DNA of 32,333 bases, taken from UHGV virus genome UHGV-0045956, one strand, 5' to 3'. The notes beneath the pieces are model-generated. The model did no database searches. It had not been told where the DNA came from and was given only the letters and a program-made list of their open reading frames with translations. Within the stretch, counting starts at the first letter, position 1. Every line of letters begins with the position of its first letter. The translations under genes were made by a program, and so were the position numbers. The stretch comes from a virus. Below, piece after piece: positions 1-8,590 of the stretch.

Positions 1-49
1 CCATTTTAGTTAATTTATCCTTATAAAACAAACAGATAAATAATAAACA

Positions 50-1213
50 TCACTCATCATCTTCTGTTTCGTACTCCACATCAGAAAGCCTGACCTCAAG
101 CTCTAAGGACGTCGTGAAGCCGCTATTATTCAGAAAATGTGTCACCTTAGTGATTGTCCAGTCCTGCTCGTCTATGACGCGCTTAAAGCCTGACACTTTA
201 ACCGGTGTTTCCGTGTAAATATCTGCCCGACCGGTAGCCAGGCTGATGGAGAACTCCGCGACGCCCCGTTGCAGTTTGTCCCACTTTGCCTGAGCGGCGC
301 GCATGGCCTGCGCTTTTGTGGCATATACCGTGGTCAGGGCAAAAACGTTGTCAGCTTCACCGGCCATGTATTCACCTTCGCGCGCTTCCGGTACTTTTGG
401 CGCTTTCTTCTGCGTGACCGGTTTCGCTTTCGGGTGCTCCAGTGCGCGCAGGTGTTTTTCTTTCTTTTTGCGTTTCAGTTTTACCTTCTGCTTTTGCGGC
501 TTCGGGTCTTTGGTGTGTAACCACTTTGCCGTTACGCCGGTGTAAGCTCCACGGTCAGCAATCGCAAAATGATGACGGTCGCCGTCGCTGCGGGTGATGG
601 TAATCTGCGGGATTTTTTTACCGCTGGCCGTCACCCCCTGCCCTGCTTTGAGAAACAGCAGTTTTCCCATTTTTACCGACACCTCGCCGCCGTTGCGTTC
701 AGCAAGACGGGTCAGGAATTTCACATCAGACTCCTGCGACTGGTCGATGTGCGGGATTTTAATTCCGGCCAGTGACGGAGCGACACTGGCTTCCAGCCTG
801 TTACGGGAGGCTATCGCCTCAACAATCGCACCGAGCGTGGTGTCATGCCAGGAGCCTTCCCGGCGGGAATTGAGCGTCCCACGAAAATCTGCACTCCGGG
901 CACGGATGGTGACCACATCCGGTGCGCCCCGGTGTTCAACCTCATCAACGGTAAATTTCCCTTTGCATACCAGGGCAAAACCTTTCCAGCCGATATACAC
1001 CGTCAGGACAGCGCCACGAACCGGCAGCCCGACCTGCCCGTCGGCATCGTTCAGTTCAATATCAAGCTGGTCAGCCTCAAAGCCCCGGTTATCCGTCAGG
1101 GTCATGCTCATCAGACGGTCGCTGATATTGCCGGTAATATCCCTGCTGTCGAGCATCAGCATGTAATCCGGCGTCAGCGTACTGCCTGCATCAAATGTCA
1201 GCGCATCCAGCAT
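50..1213 (-). CDS. D: tail protein gpD (late gene D)
   Basis: 387 aa, same length and position as P2 gpD; followed by U with overlapping stop/start. Confidence 0.88.
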   Translation of the reverse strand: MLDALTFDAGSTLTPDYMLMLDSRDITGNISDRLMSMTLTDNRGFEADQLDIELNDADGQVGLPVRGAVLTVYIGWKGFALVCKGKFTVDEVEHRGAPDVVTIRARSADFRGTLNSRREGSWHDTTLGAIVEAIASRNRLEASVAPSLAGIKIPHIDQSQESDVKFLTRLAERNGGEVSVKMGKLLFLKAGQGVTASGKKIPQITITRSDGDRHHFAIADRGAYTGVTAKWLHTKDPKPQKQKVKLKRKKKEKHLRALEHPKAKPVTQKKAPKVPEAREGEYMAGEADNVFALTTVYATKAQAMRAAQAKWDKLQRGVAEFSISLATGRADIYTETPVKVSGFKRVIDEQDWTITKVTHFLNNSGFTTSLELEVRLSDVEYETEDDE

Positions 1214-1692
1214 TATCCCGCCCCCGTCATACCCGTGAATCTGGTCGCCATACTGCCAGCCTTACCGATGAGCGATTCCGCCTGTTTACCGATATCGCCA
1301 TAAAGCGCGACCAGTGATTCATCAACGCGGGTGAGCGACAGCGTAAAATCAATTTTCCGGGGTGTGCCGTCTGCAAAGAAAATACTCCCTGTTTCACTCA
1401 CCCTGCTGATGACATACATGCCGTAAATCATGCCGGTGCCATCCAGCAACGGCCACGCCCGACCTTCCTCTGCCATCAGCCTGAGCGTGGTCATCGTCAG
1501 CTTTCCGCCTGTCAGTTCGGGATAAAGCACACCGGCAAGCGTAATGTTTTCCTCACCCACACCGAGAAACTGAAAGGCATCCCGTTTACCGATACGGGAA
1601 TTTGACGGCCAGCGATAATCTGATTCACGCTGCATGGCCTGGTGTGGCAGCGTCTGGCGCATAAAAACAAACATACCTAACGCGAGCATCAT
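1213..1692 (-). CDS. U: tail protein gpU
   Basis: 159 aa; position between T and D as in P2; ATG at 1692. Confidence 0.85.
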   Translation of the reverse strand: MMLALGMFVFMRQTLPHQAMQRESDYRWPSNSRIGKRDAFQFLGVGEENITLAGVLYPELTGGKLTMTTLRLMAEEGRAWPLLDGTGMIYGMYVISRVSETGSIFFADGTPRKIDFTLSLTRVDESLVALYGDIGKQAESLIGKAGSMATRFTGMTGAG

Positions 1693-1706
1693 TTTTCGTC
1701 ACCTCC

Positions 1707-4154
1707 TTAGCCGTCATGCATCATGCTGGCACGGGCGCGCGCACGTTTATCCCGCTCGTATTTTTCGAGCGCATCCTGTAACTGGCGGTCAAGCTGTGTT
1801 CCCGGCGCAGTACCGCCCGTCAGGTTGATGTGATATTCGTTTTTACTCTGGTCCACATAAGAGCGACCAGCCGGTGCCGTGACCGGCTGATAAGCCTGAT
1901 AGCCTGCATAAGAGCTGGTCGCCGGAATATAACCACCGGTGCCATACGTGGCGGCATGAGTCCTTGCGGCGGTCTGGTCAAGTGTGTCTGACTCTTTGTT
2001 GATAACACCGAGTTTTTCCAGTACCCAGTCAATACCGCTGCGCAGTTTGTTGAACGCATTAAGCGGCAGCATCAGCGCGTCAGCCAGTGCCTGCCCGAAC
2101 ATGACGCCCGTGTCACGGCAACGGTTCAGGGTGTCCTGGGTGGCTTTGACCGGGGCAATCAGGTTTTTAAACCACTGCCACGCGGCCTGTAACTTTTCGC
2201 CCAGCCAGTCAAACACCGGTTTCAGTGGCGTGAACAGCTCCCCCACCGGCGCAAATGCCGCTTTCAGCCCTTCAACCACACCGCCAAAGAATGCGCTGAC
2301 AGGCTCCCAGTATTTACGGATAAGCAACGCCCCGGCGACAATGGCGGCCACCACAGCCACAACCGGCCAGCTAATCGCCCCGATGGCCGTCATAACGGCA
2401 CTACCAACCGTCGTGAAGATTGCCCCCATTGCGCCTGCTGCCGCGATGATGGCATTGATGCCGGTGATAACCGGCCAGGCTACAAGACCAATTGCACCGA
2501 TGATGCCAGTAAGCGCCAGCGCACCACCGGCAATGAGGCCAATGGTTGACGCCAGTGATTTGTTTTTCTGTATCCAGCCGTCGAGTTTTAACACATACTT
2601 TGTGGCCGTCTGCGTGAGCTTACGTAGCGCGCCTTCCTGCTGGTCAAACAGGTCAGTCCCCACCGCCTCATAAGCGGACTGAAACTCCTTAAAGTCACCG
2701 CCGAGGTTATCCTGCATGATTTTAACCAGCTCTTCCGTTTTACCGTCCGAGGCTTTCAGCGTGGCGGTCAGCTTATCCAGTTTTCCGCTTGCTGCCGCTG
2801 CCAGTAAAACGTTCGCTGATTTCAGGGCTTCCTCACCAAAAATGGTTTTAAGGTATTCCCCCTTCTGAGACGTTCCCAGCTTGTGTTTATCAAAGCTGGC
2901 CTGAATCTCTTTCAGAATGGTGAATAACGGACGCATATTTCCCTTTTTGTCCGAGGTTTTCACGCCAAGCTCTTTGAGTGCATCCCATGCTTTTCCAGTC
3001 GGTGCCTGTAATCGGGTGACAACGGCACTGCTACCCGTCCCCGCCATTGACCCCCTGATGTTATTGTCATGCAGCACACCTGTCATGGCTGCTGCCTGCT
3101 CAAGACTTACACCTGCCGTCCTCGCAACCGGCCCGAGGTAAGTCAGTGCATCACTGAGTCCCTGAAAATCAGCCGCCGACTTATTCATCGTTGCCGACAA
3201 CACGTCGCCCACATGGCTGACATCATCATTTGACAGTTGAAAGGATGCCTTAGTCCCCAGCAACAGTTGCGCGTTTTCTTCCATCGACCGCTGATTCGCC
3301 AGCGCCATATTCAGCGTGACCGGCGTTGCCGCCTGAATGGCATCAACATCCCCACCCGCTTTCGCGATGATTATCTGTGCACCGGCCGCATCATCCGCCG
3401 AGGCGGCGGTATTGTCGCCGAGCTGGCGCGCCTGTTTGCGTAGTGCGGTCATTTCGGCGGAGTCTTTTGCCACACCGAGCACGGCCTGCAATTCTGAGTT
3501 TTTCTGCGCAAACTCATAACCGGGCATCAGCAACTTAACTCCGGCCATCGTTCCCGTCGCCGCAATCCCCACACCGGCAGCGCCCACTGAGGCCATATTT
3601 CCGGCCAGCTCCTTTCCTGCCTGATAACGCTGTTTTACTGCGTTAAGTTTTGCCTGTTGCGCACTGACACGCGCCAGCGCGTCACGCTGCCGGTTAAGCT
3701 GTGCGGTGGTTTCACTGATACGGTTTTTCAGCCCCTGCTCATCATGTGCAAGATTGCGGGTATTAATTCCCACAGCGGCCAGTTCCCGCTGCTGGCGTTT
3801 AACGGAATCCGTCAGGCGGTTATATTTCGCCTGTAAGTCCTCCGCCGCACGCTTTGCGGATTCCAGCACTTTCGCCTGAGCACGGGTCGGACGTTCGGTG
3901 TTTTTAAACTGTGTGGCAAGGGCTTCGGCTTCCTGCCGAGCCTTTTCAAGTGCATGACCAGTCACGGCGAGCTGTGCACTGGTCTTGCGGAATCCCTCAA
4001 TACGGGATGCGTGACCGTTCAGCTCGCGCAGTGATTTTTGTGTTTCCCGGATATCCCCCGACAGCGATTTGCTCGCTGTACGGATGGATTTAAACGGGCG
4101 GGATGCCTGGTCAACAGCCCTGAGCAATACCTGTAATTTTACATTGTTACTCAT
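1707..4154 (-). CDS. T: tail tape measure protein gpT
   Basis: 815 aa; coiled-coil N-terminal part, Gly/Ala-rich hydrophobic middle; downstream of E/E' as in P2. Confidence 0.9.
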   Translation of the reverse strand: MSNNVKLQVLLRAVDQASRPFKSIRTASKSLSGDIRETQKSLRELNGHASRIEGFRKTSAQLAVTGHALEKARQEAEALATQFKNTERPTRAQAKVLESAKRAAEDLQAKYNRLTDSVKRQQRELAAVGINTRNLAHDEQGLKNRISETTAQLNRQRDALARVSAQQAKLNAVKQRYQAGKELAGNMASVGAAGVGIAATGTMAGVKLLMPGYEFAQKNSELQAVLGVAKDSAEMTALRKQARQLGDNTAASADDAAGAQIIIAKAGGDVDAIQAATPVTLNMALANQRSMEENAQLLLGTKASFQLSNDDVSHVGDVLSATMNKSAADFQGLSDALTYLGPVARTAGVSLEQAAAMTGVLHDNNIRGSMAGTGSSAVVTRLQAPTGKAWDALKELGVKTSDKKGNMRPLFTILKEIQASFDKHKLGTSQKGEYLKTIFGEEALKSANVLLAAAASGKLDKLTATLKASDGKTEELVKIMQDNLGGDFKEFQSAYEAVGTDLFDQQEGALRKLTQTATKYVLKLDGWIQKNKSLASTIGLIAGGALALTGIIGAIGLVAWPVITGINAIIAAAGAMGAIFTTVGSAVMTAIGAISWPVVAVVAAIVAGALLIRKYWEPVSAFFGGVVEGLKAAFAPVGELFTPLKPVFDWLGEKLQAAWQWFKNLIAPVKATQDTLNRCRDTGVMFGQALADALMLPLNAFNKLRSGIDWVLEKLGVINKESDTLDQTAARTHAATYGTGGYIPATSSYAGYQAYQPVTAPAGRSYVDQSKNEYHINLTGGTAPGTQLDRQLQDALEKYERDKRARARASMMHDG

Positions 4155-4592
4155 TCGTGTTTCCGCTTCGCCGGAGCGCCTTTTCGCGCCATGTGATGAG
4201 TTCGGTCAGACTCATGGGATACAGTTCTGATGGCGGCCAGTGAAATATCACTGCCACATCCGCCATCAGGTCATCGACCGACAGATTTTTCGGGAACGTC
4301 ACTGCACCGAGTTCGGCGACAAAAAACCGACCACCTTACCGGCCAGCGCCACAAGGTCAGGCAGTTCCAGCGCGGCGACCTCCTGCTCGGTCAGCATCGG
4401 TGCCGTCATGCGCGGCAGCACTTTAATCAGTGCATCGACTTCGGAGTTTGCGACCGCAGCCAGACTGACACCGCGCAGCGTCCCGGCATTAGGTTTCATC
4501 AGCGTGACCTGTTCGATAACCTGTTCACCACGCTTGACCGGATTATCCAGGGTAATGACGTTTTCTGTTTCGGGAAAGCGGCTCGCAATAAC
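4147..4592 (-). CDS. E': gpE+E' programmed -1 frameshift product (partial)
   Basis: Manual translation of the -1 frame after the TTTTTTG site gives a ~58-codon extension ending at TAA 4149..4147, overlapping the T start, as for P2 E' / lambda G-T. Confidence 0.5.
4299..4592 (-). CDS. E: tail assembly chaperone gpE (5' end lost in N-gap)
   Basis: Frame is open from the gap edge (…VITLDNPVKRGEQVIEQVTL…GFLSPNSVQ*); lies between FII and T; contains the slippery heptamer. Confidence 0.6.
   Translation of the reverse strand, partial: VIASRFPETENVITLDNPVKRGEQVIEQVTLMKPNAGTLRGVSLAAVANSEVDALIKVLPRMTAPMLTEQEVAALELPDLVALAGKVVGFLSPNSVQ
4320..4326 (-). promoter_or_regulatory. -1 ribosomal frameshift slippery heptamer T_TTT_TTG
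   Basis: - strand reads GG-T TTT TTG with TTT/TTG in the E zero frame (…GFL…). Confidence 0.55.
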
Positions 4593-4699
4593 NNNNNNNN
4601 NNNNNNNNNNNNNNNNNNNNNNNNNNNNNNNNNNNNNNNNNNNNNNNNNNNNNNNNNNNNNNNNNNNNNNNNNNNNNNNNNNNNNNNNNNNNNNNNNNN
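4593..4699. other. assembly gap (107 N)
   Basis: Run of N inside the E coding region. Confidence 0.98.
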
Positions 4700-4725
4700 G
4701 GTCAGCCAGGCTGACCGGATGAAAA

Positions 4726-5244
4726 TCACAGGCCGATATTGCGGCGGTGTTGCTCCAGCCGGTCGACGCCGTTCACCTTCTCAATCATGTTGATGGTGTC
4801 GATTTCGACCAGCTCCTTACCGTCCATCGTCAGCCGGAAATAGGTGCAGACCACGGAGATTTTCGACTCGGTGTCTTCTCCCTGTTTACCCTCGCCAGTG
4901 TCGATTTCTTTCTGACGTCCACGCATGACCACCTCGACGGCCACCGTTTCGCCGGTATCGTCACGCTGGTAAGAGCCTGCAAAACGAATCGGGACGGCAT
5001 CCACGCCGGTTGCGGCGTAAAGCTCCCAGATAACCGAATCCGGGAAACCACCGAGCGACCACTCCATTGACAGCGCATCGTCATCAAGGCCGAGGTCTAC
5101 CGGTGCGCTGCCGTTCATCCCCGCACCGCGATAGTTTTCGAGCTTACGGGTCAGTTTTGGCAGCGTGACGGACTTTGCAACGCCCTGATAGCTGTAGCCG
5201 TTCAGAAAGACGTTCATTAACTTGAGTTTGCGCGGCATTGCCAT
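4726..5244 (-). CDS. FII: tail tube protein gpFII
   Basis: 172 aa as in P2 FII; immediately downstream of FI. Confidence 0.88.
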   Translation of the reverse strand: MAMPRKLKLMNVFLNGYSYQGVAKSVTLPKLTRKLENYRGAGMNGSAPVDLGLDDDALSMEWSLGGFPDSVIWELYAATGVDAVPIRFAGSYQRDDTGETVAVEVVMRGRQKEIDTGEGKQGEDTESKISVVCTYFRLTMDGKELVEIDTINMIEKVNGVDRLEQHRRNIGL

Positions 5245-5256
5245 CGGTCAGGCTCC

Positions 5257-6447
5257 TTAATTGCTGTTAACCGAAGTGACCAGATTTGCCAGGTATTTAT
5301 CGGTAATACGCTGGCGCAGGGTCAGGTTTTCGAGAGGAGGCACCGGTGTATAGTCGTAGTCGATATACAGTTTTCCGGCCTTGAGGGTTTCCGCATCGTT
5401 GGATTCTTCGCTGAACCAGCAGGTCGCATCCACGATATAGCCGTTTGTTTTCAGCTCACGGAATTTGGCATTGATGCCGTCAACGATGTCGCGAATCAGC
5501 GTTGCGGTGATGGGCTTGTCCACCGCCCACATGTGCGCCTCAGCCATCGTGTCGGCCATCACCTGCGCGGTGCGGGTGTAGTTTTCAAAGAGGAACAGCG
5601 GGTCATCAGAGCAGGTACGGTTACCCCAGAATCGGAAACCGTCGCGGCGAATCAGCGTAGTGACGCCTGACTCGTTAAGCAGGTCAGCATCGGTGCCGGA
5701 CTCCTGCAAATCCCAGAATACAGATGCGCTGATGCCGGTAACACCGTTTACCCCGACGTTGGACAGCGTTTTATGCCAGCCCTGCTCCTGGTCGATTCTG
5801 GCACGCAGACCCAGCGCACGGGCGGTGGCATACGCGGTGGCGGTGGTACTGGTGACCGTATCCCATGCGAGGAAATCCGGCCAGATGACCATCAGCTCAC
5901 GCTGGCTGAAATTCTGGCGATAGGCTTTCACCTCGGCAATGGTCTTACAGCCCCATGCGCTGATATATCCGAAAGCGCGCAGCTTCTGACAGACGGATGC
6001 CAGTGCAACAGCCACCTCTTTGGTATCCAGTCCCGGCACACCGAGAATACGCGGTTTAACACCGGTTACCGACTCCGCCGCCAGCAGGGCTTTCAGTCCG
6101 GTGTACTGACCGTTTTCGTCGGTGGTGCCGATGATATTGGAAACGGTCTGCGCAAGTTTCGTTTCCTCGTCGTCGCCGGTGCCGTCTTCCACGCGCACAA
6201 CAACGGTGACCGGTTTTGACTGGTCAGCGATGGCCTGTAACGACGCCGCCAGCGTGCCTTTTTTACCGGCCTTTGCAATTGCGCTCTGCACATTGGTAAT
6301 CAGCACCGGTTTATTGAGGGGGAAGGTTTCCGCATCCGCATCGCTGGCCGTGCAGACCATGCCGACAATGGCCGTGGATACGGTGGAAATGACGCGGGTG
6401 CCGTCGTTAATCTCCAGCACCTGCACGCCGTGATGATAGTCACTCAT
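5257..6447 (-). CDS. FI: contractile tail sheath protein gpFI
   Basis: 396 aa as in P2 FI; GGAG ribosome-binding site before ATG 6447. Confidence 0.9.
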   Translation of the reverse strand: MSDYHHGVQVLEINDGTRVISTVSTAIVGMVCTASDADAETFPLNKPVLITNVQSAIAKAGKKGTLAASLQAIADQSKPVTVVVRVEDGTGDDEETKLAQTVSNIIGTTDENGQYTGLKALLAAESVTGVKPRILGVPGLDTKEVAVALASVCQKLRAFGYISAWGCKTIAEVKAYRQNFSQRELMVIWPDFLAWDTVTSTTATAYATARALGLRARIDQEQGWHKTLSNVGVNGVTGISASVFWDLQESGTDADLLNESGVTTLIRRDGFRFWGNRTCSDDPLFLFENYTRTAQVMADTMAEAHMWAVDKPITATLIRDIVDGINAKFRELKTNGYIVDATCWFSEESNDAETLKAGKLYIDYDYTPVPPLENLTLRQRITDKYLANLVTSVNSN

Positions 6448-6552
6448 CCGTTTAACTCCGTGGTTAATGGGTGCAACTATTTTCTGTTGTGCAGAGCATG
6501 AGACGCTATTTGACCTGGCTGGTCAGTGGATGAAACAACAGATAAAGAAAAA

Positions 6553-6630
6553 NNNNNNNNNNNNNNNNNNNNNNNNNNNNNNNNNNNNNNNNNNNNNNNN
6601 NNNNNNNNNNNNNNNNNNNNNNNNNNNNNN
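6553..6630. other. assembly gap (78 N) followed by A22 and C17 homopolymers
   Basis: N run, then aaaaaaaaaaaaaaaaaaaaaaggggccgccccccccccccccccc at 6631..6677. Confidence 0.95.
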
Positions 6631-6752
6631 AAAAAAAAAAAAAAAAAAAAAAGGGGCCGCCCCCCCCCCCCCCCCCAGTCCTGATTTGTACACACTCATT
6701 TTCCGACTGACAATTTACATAGCCAAAACGCTATCAAATCTGACAGTCTGCT

Positions 6753-6781
6753 TTGAGCGAATAGCAGACATTCATTAATAT
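6753..6781 (+). promoter_or_regulatory. candidate sigma70 promoter TTGAGC-N17-TAATAT for the cargo gene
   Basis: -35-like 6753..6758, 17-nt spacer, -10-like 6776..6781, ~70 nt upstream of ATG 6854; overlapped by dyad GTCTGC-N12-GCAGAC (6746..6769). Confidence 0.3.
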
Positions 6782-6853
6782 GTTTGTTAGGCTAACTTTA
6801 TATGATAATTACTGAAATTGACCTTAGTTTGAGAATTGCATTAGGGGAATAAA

Positions 6854-7960
6854 ATGGATGTCATTGAACTTAGAGAGTTACTTATCAAGTATAATGGTCT
6901 TCAAAATACTGACGAAGTCTATACGTTTTATTATGATGAAACGAATAATATTCGAAAACTATATTTAAAAGATTCTGGTTTTAATGTTGTAAAGGCGGAT
7001 AATTTCATCCTTGCAGGAATACTACACAAAGGGTTAAGCACTGACAGCGATTATTCAACCCTATTTAAAAAACTTAATCTTCAAAAAAGTGCCCGCGAGT
7101 TAAAACTCAGTCATATTGCCAAGGGTAGTTTTTTGGACATGCTTAAATCTGATAAGCTTTTAATTATTCTAAACTGGCTTATTGAAAACAATTTCCACAT
7201 CCATTATTTTAATCTTAATATCACATACTGGTCTATTATTGACATTATTGATTCTATTATTGGAGAGCTACATAATCCTTTTTATATCATGAACCACATG
7301 TCACTTAAGAGCGATTTTTATGAGCTTGCCAATAGCAATTCCGATGTTTTCCTGAATGCTCTACATAAATTTAACTACCCCGATATTCCAGAAGAAAAAG
7401 TTTATGAGTTTTGCCTCTGGCTTATCGATTTTACATGCATGCACAGTTGTATGCTACCAGATTTTCGAGCACACGCACTCAAAAATTTGGTTAAAGAATC
7501 TCTAAAAATCGAAGAACTACCGTTCATATCGGGATTTCATGGTCGAAAACTGATCGATAGCTTTATGGTATTTTATTTAAGAAACTTGTATCTATTTAAA
7601 AATTCCATTCACATATTTGATGAAGAAAATAGCATTCAAGATGAAGTTAAAAACTTCCCGTTAACTGAAAATGGCATACCAATACAGAATCATGAATTCG
7701 TTAAATCCCACAACTCAGAGGCTGTCCAACTATCTGATGTTATCGCAGGCTTTTTGGGTAAGTATTTTTCTTACTTAAAAGATGTAAATGACGAGCAATT
7801 AGCGATTGATAAGTCAGCCTTAACGAGCAAGCAATTTAAGACCCTTTCTGCGTTAAAACACATTATTGATATTTCTGATGATGTTAGCAGAGGATTTTTT
7901 AATGAAGTTAGCAGCGAGGGAGAGCGACGAAGAAACAACCGTTTTTTACATGGTGTATAA
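6854..7960 (+). CDS. hypothetical protein, AT-rich cargo gene at the Z/fun position (candidate defence/exclusion gene)
   Basis: 368-aa ORF, AGGGGA ribosome-binding site, strongly AT-rich, opposite strand to the flanking late genes; no transmembrane segment; DE near N-terminus (YYDETNN) and Q-x-x-D near C-terminus (VQLSDVIAG). Confidence 0.75.
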   Translation: MDVIELRELLIKYNGLQNTDEVYTFYYDETNNIRKLYLKDSGFNVVKADNFILAGILHKGLSTDSDYSTLFKKLNLQKSARELKLSHIAKGSFLDMLKSDKLLIILNWLIENNFHIHYFNLNITYWSIIDIIDSIIGELHNPFYIMNHMSLKSDFYELANSNSDVFLNALHKFNYPDIPEEKVYEFCLWLIDFTCMHSCMLPDFRAHALKNLVKESLKIEELPFISGFHGRKLIDSFMVFYLRNLYLFKNSIHIFDEENSIQDEVKNFPLTENGIPIQNHEFVKSHNSEAVQLSDVIAGFLGKYFSYLKDVNDEQLAIDKSALTSKQFKTLSALKHIIDISDDVSRGFFNEVSSEGERRRNNRFLHGV

Positions 7961-7984
7961 TCGTAAGGGGTAAATTCTGCTTTT

Positions 7985-8024
7985 GGCACAGAGCGAACTG
8001 TCAGATTAGTTTTTACTCTGTGCC
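7985..8024. terminator. hairpin between convergent cargo gene and G (9-bp stem ggcacagag/ctctgtgcc)
   Basis: Perfect 9-bp inverted repeat with 22-nt loop, preceded by TTTT; sits between two convergent stop codons. Confidence 0.35.
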
Positions 8025-8059
8025 ATAGATGTATAAACTCACATCAGAGCTTATACAAT

Positions 8060-8587
8060 TTATTGCGGTATTTCCGGCCATTCAGGATTTGCAAGATCCA
8101 CACGACTGACCAGAACGCTGTAGCGTTCCCATGTTTCCAGTCGGCTGCGCTCCTCCTCTGTTGCCATATTCAGCCTGACAGCGCGCTCCAGCGGCAAAAT
8201 CACGGATTCAGCATCTGCAAGAAGTCTGGCTTTCCGAATTTCTGCCTGCTGCTGCAATTCCTCTGCCGTATAAATGCGTTTAGTCACTGTGCCGTCCTTA
8301 AACATCCAGTTCCCTGAAATGTCCGCCCGTCGGTTAGCAGTAATATCCGGCACTTCAACAACACTTAATCCATCCGGTCTGATAGCTGTCACATCCTTTT
8401 CCACATAGCGGATGATATTATCTTTGTCGTACGCTATTTTTATCGTGTCATCAGCAAAATACTTTTGTTCTTCGTACCAGTTCTTACCATCTTCTGTAAA
8501 AAACCAGACAACATCAAACTCCTTTGTCAATTGATATTGTTCAACCGTTTTTGGATTACCTGCCGTTATATTTATCAAATGCTGCAT
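8060..8587 (-). CDS. G: tail fibre assembly protein gpG
   Basis: 175 aa as in P2 G; directly downstream of H. Confidence 0.85.
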   Translation of the reverse strand: MQHLINITAGNPKTVEQYQLTKEFDVVWFFTEDGKNWYEEQKYFADDTIKIAYDKDNIIRYVEKDVTAIRPDGLSVVEVPDITANRRADISGNWMFKDGTVTKRIYTAEELQQQAEIRKARLLADAESVILPLERAVRLNMATEEERSRLETWERYSVLVSRVDLANPEWPEIPQ

Positions 8588-8590
8588 AAA

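Noticed and set aside
594-1166. 190-aa + strand ORF inside gene D (similar ORFs at 269..520, 303..545, 845..1303)
   Set aside because: Antisense shadow ORFs inside a well-supported GC-rich structural gene; low-complexity Ser/Arg/Pro-rich translations.
1984-2673. 229-aa + strand ORF inside tape-measure gene T
   Set aside because: Antisense to T; Ala/Ser/Pro-rich translation typical of a reverse frame in GC-rich DNA.
4230-4793. ORFs containing runs of X across N-gaps (also 4499..4729, 6467..6778, 25281..25517)
   Set aside because: Artefacts of translating through N runs and adjacent homopolymers.
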